Position numbers and translations under genes: made by a program. The notes beneath the pieces were generated by a model. The model made no database searches and was not told the DNA's origin. It saw only the letters and a program-made list of their open reading frames with translations. A stretch of 64,000 nucleotides of DNA from Bigelowiella natans CCMP2755 (Eukaryota > Protista > Cercozoa): the NCBI GenBank assembly GCA_000320545.1, contig ADNK01000342.1:1-64000 (forward strand). Direction: 5' to 3'. Below are positions 28,387 to 40,354 of this stretch, one piece after another. Position 1 is the stretch's first letter. Each line of letters starts with the position of its first letter.

Positions 28387-30864
28387 TGTTTTCAAGAAGT
28401 TAACATTCGTACATCCAATTCCCAACTTCATTCCTAAACGTCAATAAATTTGCTGAAAGGTGCGCAACGAGAAGCTATTGCGCGAGCGCGATCGCGAGAT
28501 GGAGAATCTATTCCAACCGAAGATCTGCAAGACGTCGGCCAAGTATGCCATCAAGGCAAGGGTGGGAAAAGATGTAGTCCATGATCGTTTATACAATGCA
28601 GCACAGGGCAAACGAGATGCACTGATACGCCTTTCAAGGGAGCGAAATTCTAGGAGGGACCTCCTCGGAGTTGCACCACTTGTGCCTGCGACGATCTCCC
28701 CAAAAGTAAAGCGAATAGCCAATAAGCTTCACCACGAAGAAGTGCAATTGAGGAATCTAAAGAGAGAATTGCGGGACCAAAAGCTTCGGAGTGACGACGA
28801 GTTCGCACGCACTGCCATCAAAATGAGAAATCAAAGCATGAAATACCTCATTAGGAAGATATCCCGTGACCTTCGGTAGTACGAACATTCATACAGCTGT
28901 TGATATTAGTAGAAACACGATATCGATGATTAGATTGCCAGTATCCAGCCAAATACCCACAAAACACTTTATTTCTATCAGCTACGCTGCTGAGGAGGTT
29001 TGCCACGAATTCGATCGTTCCTGGGATACGCAAAAGGCTCCAAACATGTCATTTGACTATGAGCAGGTATCAGTTCGTAAAATACGGAGCCGACATTCAT
29101 ACTTACACTAATCTGAATATATGCACAACTGTACCCTGAGAATGTTACAACAAAATATTGTTCTAATTACCTGTAATCTTGTATATTAACGTCGGTTCAA
29201 GATCAACATCGTAATGATTCTCTGACTTAATTGTATGTTTCATCTACACAGGTGGCTCATATCCTCGCGAAATTGGGGTTTCTGGCGACATGGAGAGGAG
29301 AAATGTCCGTAGACCAGGAGAACTGCGCGCGGAGAGTCATTGAATTCATTGACCACAACCAAAGGGGAGATATTTTCCTCAAAGATCTTCGTAAATTCAT
29401 TGCGCAGTTCGTTGTTCACTATAGGTAGGTCTGCTTCAGCAGCATTACATTATGACCGTCATGCTCACCACAGCCATCCCTAGTGTCATTATCATCATTA
29501 TCCAAACGCTGCTGTGCACACAATGTCATTGCCACAATACAACTCTCATCATCACCGTCATCATCCCTCCCCATTATCTTCAGCCTGATGCGGAAACTAG
29601 AAAAATCCGGTCAGTTATCTAACAAGAAGTCAAAGCTAATGAATGAGCTTGCTCCAATAAAAAAAGAGCTGCGGTTCCTTATGGCAAATTACATGTCGAA
29701 TGCGCGTCTAACACGTTGGGCAAAGGCCCAGGAGAAGCGCAACAAAAGAATTGGAAAGAAAGATCTTCCGAAGCCGACCTCTCGCAAGGCGCCAATGAAG
29801 ACAATTATGCAGCACGTGGATCAATTACACAAGAAGAGAATGGGCGTAGAGTTGCGGATATCTGCCTTAGCAAAAGACGTCCAAGCCAAGCAGCTTGCTC
29901 AGTGTACGTTCCAGCCTAAAATCTGCAAAAAGGCAGGATCGCCTGATGTGAGGAAAGTTCACGATCGGTATTGCGTGTGCGTGGGTGGATGCGTCCGTCT
30001 GTTTGAATACGGAGGGGAAGTTGTATGCCTTGTTATTTGTGAGCTGCAATAAAAATCCGCAACAACATATTATCCTAATATTATCTCATAAGTTTGCTCC
30101 TCAACAGATTGCATAAGGACCATAAGGAGAGGCAAGGTCGCTATGATGCTCAGGTCGATCGCCACGTCTCTTCCCGCGAGGAGCAATTCGAAAAACAATG
30201 CACGTTCTCACCCGAGATCCGCAAGGTACCAGAGTCGAGCCAGCAAGGTGCCGTCAAATACGACTCCCATATGGAGAAGACCATCGAGCGCATGCGCAAG
30301 GTTAACATCGAGGGGGGTAAACTCCCAACCAAAAAGTACTTCTCCATCACTCCGAAGAACCACAAGACCTATTCTGGCCTTCCTATCGTACCTAAGGACA
30401 CCAAGCGAGTACACGGTACTACACCGGGGGGTGGAATATCCCGCAAAAAAACAAGCAATGGAATCGCTAGGAAGGATAAGAGTCGTAAAATCTCCTCTCC
30501 CAAGAAAGCAACCGTTAGCAAAAATAGCCCCCTAAACGAAGGCATAAGGTCTTCGAATGAAGAAGTTCTTCTATACCTGGACGTCCAGCTCGCGCCGGAT
30601 ATGAGCGATAGGATTTGCATCCACAAAGGAGACAGTATTGAAGCCATAGCGAAGGACTTTGCCACGAAGCACAATCTAGCTCCAGAGTACCTAGCACTAT
30701 TGCAGAAAACACTCATCGATCAATTAAACGCCTTAGTAGTAGCCAAACAGCAGCACAATGGCAACCATGCCCTTCTTGAGGACACTCCGTTGGGCTCAGG
30801 TGGCGACTTCTATGACGATGATGACATGTCGTCTCTCGTTCCTCGCAGTGGAATTGGGCTGTAG
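26629..30864 (+). CDS. Hypothetical protein: acidic N-terminus, repeated (C)TFxPxI / VHDRL motifs, C-terminal LYLDV..RI....GD....A..F..KH.L domain
   Basis: ORF pieces 26730-27705, 28460-28879, 29483-30052 and 30094-30864 join through GT-AG introns. Motifs are ETFKPKT, NLFQPKI..VHDRLY, CTFQPKI..VHDRLH and CTFSPEI. An 8-aa acidic tandem repeat (DEIxxDE) lies at ~27285-27370. Confidence 0.75.
27851..27917. repeat. Intronic (TC)n microsatellite
   Basis: Directly visible. Confidence 0.95.
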
Positions 30865-30939
30865 ACACGAGAAAACTGTCGTCATTGAGGAGGGGGCGGG
30901 AAAAACAGGGGGTTCATTTGTCCCAATGCACCAAATTGA

Positions 30940-32400
30940 ATTACTTCCAAAATGTTCATCATCATGTCATTTGACAATCGCGTCATGCAATTGCATCATG
31001 CTGGCATGGACGCGCACGCGTGGGTTTCCACAATGGACACAGCAACATGACATGTGCATGCATCACACACATGGTACATTGCATGTCCATCATGAGTGGG
31101 ACACTTGTGATGAACACATGTAGCAATGTGATGTGCATGTTGCGTGCATGACACGTTGCATGTCCATCATCCATGTGCTCATTTGCACAGCTGTGGTCAC
31201 AGCTCTCACACATGATTTGAACGACATGCTGCGCGTGGACAAAGTTCAATCGCAACATGCAATCATTTTCCAGTCAAATCTTCAGCGCATGCTAGCATGG
31301 CCAATTTGAAGTTCATTTCTGGGTTTGCAAGTTGTTGTCACCATCTGTCTAGCTCTGGAGCTACACGTGATGCGTGGCGCTGAGCCATGCGTGCACAGTG
31401 TTTCTTGTTGCAGCTCTGCTTCATTTCGATAACAACAAACCAACAATTGCATGAGTGACCAGGACCAGAGGACGACAGCGTTTTTTCCTTTTGGCAGTTG
31501 GAACTCATGGATTTTGTCAGATTTCCCAGCTCTCGGCCATTGTTTCACAGTGCTTCAACCAAAGACCTCCCACTTCCTGCAGCGCATGCTTCACACCAGC
31601 TGACCCGTGTCAGCCTCCGCCGGATCCGGAGTTCACTTGCATCGCGGTCTTGCTGCGCTTGTGCTGCACGCACCCTGCTGGCCTGCTGAACCCCGCACAC
31701 CAAAAGCAACGATCCAAAAAATCCAAGGCTCGAGATCTGAAACCTGATGAAGACTTTGGAAATGTACGACATTGGCAGTGATGCGGACTCAGACGGGCCA
31801 GCGTGGTCGCCCTCCAGCCCTCCCCCCAGCCGACTGAACTTGGTCTGGACAATGAACAATGAACAATGATGAAAAATCACACTTTCAAAGTGCTGTGAGA
31901 AACTCGCAGTGCACGAAACGCAGTGCTTCGAAGCAACAATGGACATGCAATGTCAGCTTTGGTGAGGACTGACTGGCAAACTGGCGCAGGGTTCGTGCAA
32001 ATTGGCACGATCTAGCGATCTGAGCACTGAGAAACAACACAACTGGCAGCAATGTGGCGACGACGCAAGGCATCCACCCTGAGCAGGAACTTCCTGATGG
32101 CTGTGTTCACACGAAGATCAGCGTTCGGATCATCAGAGGGATCATAGGGGCACCAAACAAAACTCTGGTTTTGGTGGAGTCAGGAGCATCAAAGAACGAA
32201 GAGCATGCAGGCAGGAGAAGCAGGGCCCAGAGCTGCTCTGATGCTCGAGAACGTTTTGTTTCTCACAGCGTTCAAGTGAGCACAATGATGGATCAGGTGG
32301 TTGACATTTTGAACAACTTCTGCATCGCAAAGAGGGCAGATCGAGGAGGAGGGGAACAAGATGGATCACCTTGAATCCTGTCAGGGCTAGAGGGCTCTAG
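30940..32400 (-). mobile_element. Degenerate non-LTR retrotransposon (LINE) 3' relic plus mutated flank; TpA-depleted
   Basis: Minus strand 32260-32345 reads SICPLCDAEVVQNVNHLIHHCAHLNAVR, the CCHC knuckle typical of LINE ORF2 C-termini. After frameshifts it continues RVLFGAP and VNTAIRKFLLRVDALR. Only about 11 TA dinucleotides in 30961-32400. Confidence 0.7.
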
Positions 32401-32568
32401 GGCTGATGGTTGTCGCTGTGCAAAAACGCAAACCATTGAGGATTCGACATCGAAAAGGACGTACGGCTCGAAATTACCAAATTATGGTGCGTTTGTTGTC
32501 ATTGGGGATTCGTTAGCGCGACACATTGACAAGTGTACGAAAGTAATAAATTGTCTTGATTTATCGAG

Positions 32569-35500
32569 ATGTCCATGTTAAATCTGAACTAGTGAGTAGC
32601 GAATTGGATCTGATTTGTTGATCGCAAGCCCTTTCTAGCGGAAATATCAGTCGCAACCCCACCATCCCTCTCAGAGATCGATAAGGACTGATTACAAAGA
32701 TAAGCAAGAGTACACTGCTGAGTCCACAAATTCAATATTAACTGTTCGGAGACCCGCTGTGTTTGACATCAATTCTGATTCCAAAATAAGGGGGCGGAAA
32801 GGAATTAAAAACATTATCTCCTCGATAAGCGAAAATTGAGAGCTAGAAGATATATTCACGAGCAATCAGAAAGAAAAATGGGAAACAAGTCTTCGTCGAA
32901 GTTGGTATGTAATTCCAAAAAATCCGATGAAAACCTATTCAGAGCTCTCGATAATGTTTAGAGTAAAGAAATCTTTCAAATGTTGGATGAGGACGGTTCT
33001 CAGGTAGATATCTTGCTAGTGTCGGCACATGATATGTTTCATTAGAATGAATAGTCTAGCTAGCTTCTACAAGTAATTATACAAATGTTAATTTATATTA
33101 CTTAGACCATCAATTGGGGAGAGCTTCAAAAATTAACTCTGTGCACTCCACTTGCCCGGTAATCATCGAATTGAAAGAACAATTCATGTGAATTCATATT
33201 AACTTGCATTCCTCCAGACGACTGGAAAAGTTATCTCTGAAGCAGAAGATTAAAATAGAATGGTGACGTTATGACTCTTGTGCAGGAAATCCAATTTTTT
33301 AATTATTCTTTCTTCAGGGATCGTGAAAAACTCATCCGATTCGTTACGCACGAGCTGAAGGTAAACGATACAAGTTACTTATTAATCAATATTTGATTCT
33401 AATATTAATGTTAGGTTAATGAGAAGGAGCTAGAAATGGTGCACGTTATTCTCAAGCTCAAGGGATTGCCGAGTCGCATCTTCCAAATTCTGGATAAGGT
33501 TGATCTTTTGAACACATGTTGCGTGAAAATAATCAGATTACTTGTGTGTTGATTCATGCTGTAACATGTAAGAATGGGAATGGAGTTGTGTATGGAGAAG
33601 AATTCCGAGCATATTTGGAGAGTGCTAAGACGGACCTTCCATGGATTCAGCAAAAGGTATTCCGAAGTATCTTCAAGAATCTTGCCATTCGTTCTTAAGC
33701 TCTGTCGTACCATCATGTGCAGATCGATCAAACACTGGCTGCAATAATTCAGTTTGCTGAAGGACGAGAAGGGGTGAAGAGAAAATAAAAATATATTTGT
33801 TGCTGTCTCCCTTATATCTCCAGTTGATTTATGGTTATCTGCAGAATTTGCTTACAGCCCCTGGCTTAGCTAAATGCCTCATAACGGGAGGATTTGATAA
33901 GAATCAAATGCAAGCACTATGCGACCACCTCAAGGTCCAAAAATTGATCGAAACCGAGTACAGAATTTACCAATTTTGGTTGTGAATGCAGGAGAATATG
34001 GGAACTAAGGATCTCGAAGCCCCGAAAATAAAGGATCACGGTAAGAATCTATGATCTTTCCATTTTCCGAAGTTAACTTGAGTGAAATAGTCTGTGATTG
34101 TTTGAAATGAGTTTTCGTCACACGCTGTGGGTTATTGCAGGGTTAAAATCGGAAGATCTATGTGTGGACTTCAATTGTGATATCAGAGATATTGTAAGAA
34201 TATTGATTCCAGTAAAACACCTTGTTCTCTGATTGTTTGGATATTGAATACTCAAGATGGGCCAGTGGTGTACTGGCACAATCATCGAGAAGAAAAAATC
34301 CAGAGTCAAGGTAAGGAACACTTTTTTTTTAAATTCTCTCGTGCACTTAAGTAGAAGCTGTGTGTTCTGAAGGTGGCTTACGATGGATTCAGCGATAAAT
34401 TCAATGAGGTAAATCATTTACAATAATGAGCCTTTCAACCATCGCCTTGAAAGCATTGTATAAAGCTATTCCATCTTTGCTAACTTTATTACAGTGGATC
34501 GATTCGAAGAAAGATTTCCTACGTTTTGCTCCAATGTTCAAGTACGTGTTTAATTTTTACTGGATTTTTGTAAAAAGGGCTAATTATTCATCCACATAGA
34601 TACACATCTCAAGGGAGTGGTTTCGTCTTGGATTACCACAGGGGTCAGAAAGTCATGGTAAATTTTGCGAGAAGATTTGGGTGGAATTCAACACATTACA
34701 AAGTTGGATAATTTGCGGTACAATCTGTACATTTTCCAGGCATGGTTGCCAAGCCCCCCTCCGAAGAGATGGAGACGAGCTGAGATAGCCGGGTTTCAGG
34801 ATAACCAAGTAGCCATACAGCCCACTATTTTCTGAAGAACTCAAGTCTAAGATTTATCTTTGTGAAATAGATATGTCTCCATTACAAAGTTATGGGCACC
34901 AAATACCAATACTGGGTTCATGGATCCTTGCCAGAGTTAAAGGTTATTCATGTTTAAATTCTAGATGGATCATAAACGAATTTGCAAAATATTTGTTGAC
35001 TCCACAACACTGAGTGTATACCTATTTTGCGGTAGGCATCAAAAAAGAAAATAGAAGGAGAAGCCATGGTAGCTAAATTATTTTCTAATGTTGCGAAGAT
35101 ATATCACTACCTAACTAACATGCCATGCTTCATTCAGAGTCGCACAAAAGATGGAAAGTGGTTCGTTGGGCAAATCGTCGAGGTAAAGGATCTTTTTACA
35201 ACTTTTTCCTTCAACAAGCTCTCATGAAGCACAAATACAATCAGGTTCTAGACACTGTTGGCAAATGGGAACCCGCAGAAGTATGGAGCTGAATGACAAA
35301 ATGAGACTATTTCTATTATGAATTTTAATATTTAACTTACCTGGAATAAAGGTTCTGCGAATCCAAGGACGATCCATTTACGTTCACTATGTCAACTGGT
35401 CGAGCAGGGTAACTAACAACAAAACTAATATGTCTTAAACACTAAATATTTTTAATTGCATATGTTGTAGTGGGACGAATGGCTGAATATCGACGCCAAT

Positions 35501-38500
35501 CTGCACCGTCTCCGATCTCTTGGGGCTGCAATTATGGGTGTTCCGACTTATTACTGCAAAATTGTTTAAGCCTTACACTCTGAACCCCCCCACAAATTAG
35601 AGTCTCAGGAGGAACGCTTAAGTCGAGAGCAAAGAGAGGAGTTTTATAAGGGACTTAGGAAAAACTACGGATACGAGGTTTCTAAGTTCTCAATTACCTA
35701 ATCATTCGTACTTTTTTGAGTTGTCCTACTCATGCATTGTATGTCGTCCCAGGTGTTGGAAATTCCTGGAGACGGAAATTGTCTGTTCCGAACTTTCGCC
35801 CATCAGATATATAATGACCAAGAAAAGTAATAGACTCTTCTTTGCTTAGGATGTAAGTAACAAGTTTTTTTCCTTCTTGCAGGCACATGGATGTTCGTAA
35901 GGAGTGCTGCGATTATCTGGAGAAGGAACAATCCACGTAAGTCCTCTACTACTGTTGCCAATGAGCGATATCATCCCAATATTTGTACAACTACAGATTC
36001 GCTGTCTTCATTCCCGAGGACTTAAAAACATATGTTGGGAAAATGCGGACCAAAAACCAGGTACTACAACGGGTTTGATGGTTGTTTAGTCTTCGATGTG
36101 ATCGTTTGGTATTCGTAGTGGGGTGGCCATGTGGAAATAGCTGTGATGCGAGAGCTCTACAATGTCAATGTGGAAATATATGAGAAGGAAAACATCCTAG
36201 AACCTAGACCCATTGGCGCAGCAGCGGTACGTACATAGCCAATTCATTCCAATCGTCGCCATACTCCTTCAACTAAACTATTGTTTTGTAACTTGGAAAT
36301 GTTTTGCTCGGTCTGAATCTTGTAATTGTCTGATTGGTCGCTAACACTTTGCTTTGCACCGATAAATTAGTCGAACGTAATAATCTAAATTGAGATGAAT
36401 GACTTATACCAAGCTCTGCTCAAGAATAGTACTTTTCTCTGATTTAAATTGTTGTTCCGTATACAGGCTAAGCTTCCCGTTGTGAAACTTGCTTACGAAG
36501 GGAAAAGGCATTACAACTCAATTGTAGATCCTAAAAGAGATTTTCCATTTGGAAACGGCAAAGATAGGGAGGTAAGACCGCAACAAGTAGATATGTTCCT
36601 TCGACTATATTTCATAGTTACTGCCCCCAGCTTTACGAAACGAAAATCCAGCGAATAATATTCAACATACAACAAAATCGATAATTAGGTGAATCTTCGT
36701 AAACTCCGTTTGTCAAGAGAAGGCAAGGAAACCAAAGTGAAGGTAATGCTTACTGTTTAAATTTGGAATTAGGGTAATATCGGTAAGGGTAGCATCGGAG
36801 TGAGCTATCATGGAACATAATTTTTCAGGAGCCGGCACCTAAGCCTATCGTGCGAAAATACTCGGTAATTGCCACAAATTCATCAATTTGTATCGCTTCT
36901 TCACGCTGACATTCCAGTATTTTCAACAGAAGGATACTCTCATGATGAAGAAAGGTCTGCAACGCCAAAACTTGCTCATATCAACATTGAAAACTTTCGC
37001 TTAGACCTTTTCTGACACACAAATCTAATATATTTTGGATGCGAGAAGAAAATACTTAAACTATTGAATAATCTGTAAAAACAGATGACCCTGCCTCAAA
37101 CCTCAATGAATATGACATGCAACGAGCAATTCAAGATTTCATGGATATGGTGAGACTGATGACGATTCGTTGCAGCTGGCCAAGATGACAAAATCAGCTG
37201 ATATAATGTTGTAATTCTACAATATTCTTCAGACGACTTTCGCCGTACCACTGGAAAAGGTAGCGCCGATGGTGAAGTCTATTCTAGAGAAGCTGTTCTT
37301 GAAGAAGGTTAGTTAATACTTTGCCATATTATCTTTGTCAGTTGTTATCGTGTCCACTACTAAGTATTCTTGATTTGCTTATTTGAACTGGATCTCTCAA
37401 ATAGAAAGCAGCCTACAAAGAGCATGAAGAATCTTTAGAGAAGTTGAAGTCAGACATGTTTTTCTCAAATACAATCAAAGAATTTGTTGACGCGCTAACG
37501 CGCTCAAACGAAATTAAGGACGGAGGGTGCGTAGTCCAGATTGCGTCATTTCATACACGACATTCTGATACTTATTTCTATAGGATTCAAGGCCATGGTT
37601 TGATTCAACAATTCCAGGAGAATTTGCTGCCAACTGTCATGTATGCAGCACCTTACGGTTTCAGACTGCAATTTGCTTCAATTGGTCTCAAATATATATA
37701 TATTTGTTGTACAGGTGGAGAATTCGCCAGTGTGTCAATAATATCTCTCCAGGAAAGGTACAAAGACTTGGCATCTGTTTTTCACTTTGTTGATTGATTC
37801 GCACCAATCGCTAGGACGATGGTAAGGAAGGCGGGAAAGGAAACAGTAAGGTGGAAAATAATACCAAAAGATTTTAAGTCCTAAATCCATTGTTTTCTAT
37901 ATCTTATGCTCGACGACATAACACAACGTTTTACACCTTCCAGAGACCAGAGGCGAAGGCTGTTCCCTCTTCGGCGGAGTCTGGAAACTCAGAACCCCCT
38001 GCGAAGGATAAGGTTCAGTTATCAGAATAAGGATAATAATGTTGCAGTCCCTAACATAAAACCACTCTTAAATTTAGAAAAGTGATAACTCAGAAACCCC
38101 TGCGAAAGATAAGGTTCGGTTATCAAAATAACGACAATGTTGCAGTCCTTAACATAAAACCACTCTTAAACTTAGAAAAGTGATACTCCGCCAGTCCAGG
38201 AATCCTTGGAATCATTAACTCCAAAGCAGGTTAATACCTTTTTGGTCCAGAAAGGGCTCGAAAAGGAACTTGCAGATAAGATGGAGGAGATGGAAATTGA
38301 TGGCAAAATTCTTAAAGAGCTCTGCTTGAAAGACCTACTGGACACTGGGATGACACTTGGTCGGGCAAAGACGATAATGAGGACAGTTGATTCTCTCAAA
38401 AATAATTCAGGTACTTATCAAATTTTGGATTATGAGAACCTACGTGCATCTTGGTCTCCTAATACTTAATTACAATCGCCAGAAAATAACAACGCATCTC

Positions 38501-38583
38501 TAAATCCGAACGATACAGACTTGCTATCTCCTAACGCTAATCCAGCAGAAAGTAGCGAAGTCGTTTCAAGCGAAAAGAATTAA
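32569..38583 (+). CDS. OTU-family deubiquitinase with 2 EF-hands, about 3 Tudor/chromo-barrel-like domains and a C-terminal SAM domain; more than 30 short exons
   Basis: EF-hands FQMLDEDGSQ|TINWGEL and FQILDK|NGNGVVYGEEF. Royal-family repeats VAYDGFSDKFNE|WID and YVHYVNWSSR|WDEW. OTU catalytic motifs GDGNCLFR (35768-), WGGHVEI and HYNS (~36508). SAM domain LTPKQVNTFL..EIDGKIL..LLDTGMTLGRAKTI. Stop at 38581-38583. The start is uncertain. Confidence 0.88.
37986..38184 (+). repeat. Tandem ~100-bp duplication covering an exon end plus a whole intron
   Basis: Two near-identical units (aactcaga..cctgcgaa.gataag|gttc.gttatca...taacataaaaccactcttaaa.ttag|aaaagtgata). The introns are 38013-38077 and 38114-38175. 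Confidence 0.9.
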
Positions 38584-38983
38584 GAAAGGCCTACTAGCGA
38601 AAACGATGTAGCAGTAGCGCGACCTGAACCTTAATCCCCAGATTCAATAAAACTCCTTGTGGACTCCATAATTAGTCTGCTACACTGCTGCGGGAAAAAT
38701 TCTGTCATAGCTAGATGGGCAAATTGTGTCTTTTTGAACATGCACTGAATTCATGGCATCATCCGTTAAATTGCACAAAAAAGGGCAGGCCAGTTCATTG
38801 GTGAACGCATGCATGAACTGCACATGCAACTCCTTCAGCACTGCATAAATGAACATGCCATGCAATGTATTTAACAGAGACCCAGACGTGTTGTGTAATT
38901 GCAGGTCAAGCAACTAGCTAGCTAGCTAGAGATGCCAATGACACGCGACTGGCTCCAAAGCTCTGGAGCCACTAGCTAGCTAG

Positions 38984-40140
38984 ACATGATAGACATGCAA
39001 TACACAATATATATAATATATGACAAACGCTGCAGCCGCAGCTTTGCAGCTTTATTGCCACATGTTGGGTAGACACCACGTAATACTACATACATTTACA
39101 TGAGACAGATGCAATGAAATGTTTAAATTTTTTCAATGGTCATCCTGATGTAGCTGTGCAAAGCAGCGGCTACAGCGCTCAAATTGAATCTGTTTGTTTC
39201 CTTGGTCACATGTTGCATGCATGAAAATGCATTGTGATCATGTGATTTGGTCTAGCATGTCGTGCTTTGCGCGCAGCTTTGCGAGTCAATTTTTCTGCGG
39301 TTGTGAGACGCGTAGTTTCATCGTTGCGATCCATGATCGCCGTCAGTTGTTTGTTGATTCTGAGTCTCTGTGGTCCGCATTTCCTGCATTGCAGAATGTG
39401 GTCCATGTCTTGCAATGTGTTGCATGTGTCGCACATTGCTTCCAATTCGATTCTGTGCGTTGTCCTCTGGACAGCAAGAAAGTTCCAAGTGAGGTTGCCA
39501 ACACCACAGATGGCGCGCATCCATGATGTGGCAACACTTGGCAGCTTCAATGTGATTCCTGTTGTGCGAGAGCCAGGCATGAAACCAAGTTTCTTCAAAT
39601 GCATGGCCTTTGTTCCCTCTTGGCACCAGTTCATTTTGAAGTTAGGTGCAGCGGTCTGCATGATCATTTTGCTGTGCATGTTCAATTTCTTTTTCAGTGT
39701 CTTGCTTGTGGCACGTGTTGTGGGGTGTTCCGCTCCAAGCCATTTGGTTGTGATGTGTGCACATGTACACACATGTGAGACGGATGTGATGAAATGTTCA
39801 AATTGTTTCAATGGTCATCCTAATGTAGCTGTGCAATGCAGCGGCTACAGCGCTTAAATTGCATCCATTTGTTTCCTTGGTCACATGGCGCATGCATGAA
39901 AATGCATCCTGTTTTGGTCTAGCATGGCGCGCTTAGCGCGCCATGCTTCCCGACTTGTTTGCTCTGCGATTGTGAGACGCGTGGTCTCATCATTGCGATC
40001 CATGATCGCTGTCAGTTGTTTGTTGATTCTGAGTCGCTGTGGTCCGTATTTCCTGCAATGTGAGACGCGTGGTCTCATCATTGCGATCCATGATCGCTGT
40101 CAGTTGTTTGTTGATTCTGAGTCGCTGTGGTCCGTATTTC

Positions 40141-40187
<47 letters not shown>

Positions 40188-40354
40188 GTATAGCTCCATT
40201 GCACAGCTACATTACCATGACCATTGACAAAAATTGAATATTTCATTACATCCGGCTTCATGTCTATAGTCTATTATACTACATGATCAACCACATTTTC
40301 ATGTCTGCCGCTGGAACATGATAGACATGCAATACACTATATATATATTATGAC
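38984..40354 (-). mobile_element. Composite of 5'-truncated LINE 3' fragments (tandem and inverted copies) bounded by a ~40-bp imperfect direct repeat
   Basis: ORF 39206-39811(-) contains the CCHC knuckle CDTCNTLQDMDHILQCRK(C/Y)GPQR. Copy A spans ~39100-39760 and copy B ~39776-40055. An exact 85-bp duplicate lies at 40059-40143 and an inverted copy at 40185-40262. The direct repeat acatgatagacatgcaatacac.atatatat..(t)atgac occurs at 38984-39024 and 40316-40354. Confidence 0.8.

Noticed and set aside
31282-32374. Long overlapping ORFs in all frames (also 39194-39857 and 57215-57930) as real genes
   Set aside because: Loss of TA removes TAA stops and many TAG stops on both strands, which creates spurious Tyr-free ORFs.
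38984-40354. Penelope-like element or DNA transposon, suggested by the direct and inverted repeats
   Set aside because: No GIY-YIG or transposase motif is seen. The coding remnant is a LINE-type CCHC knuckle.
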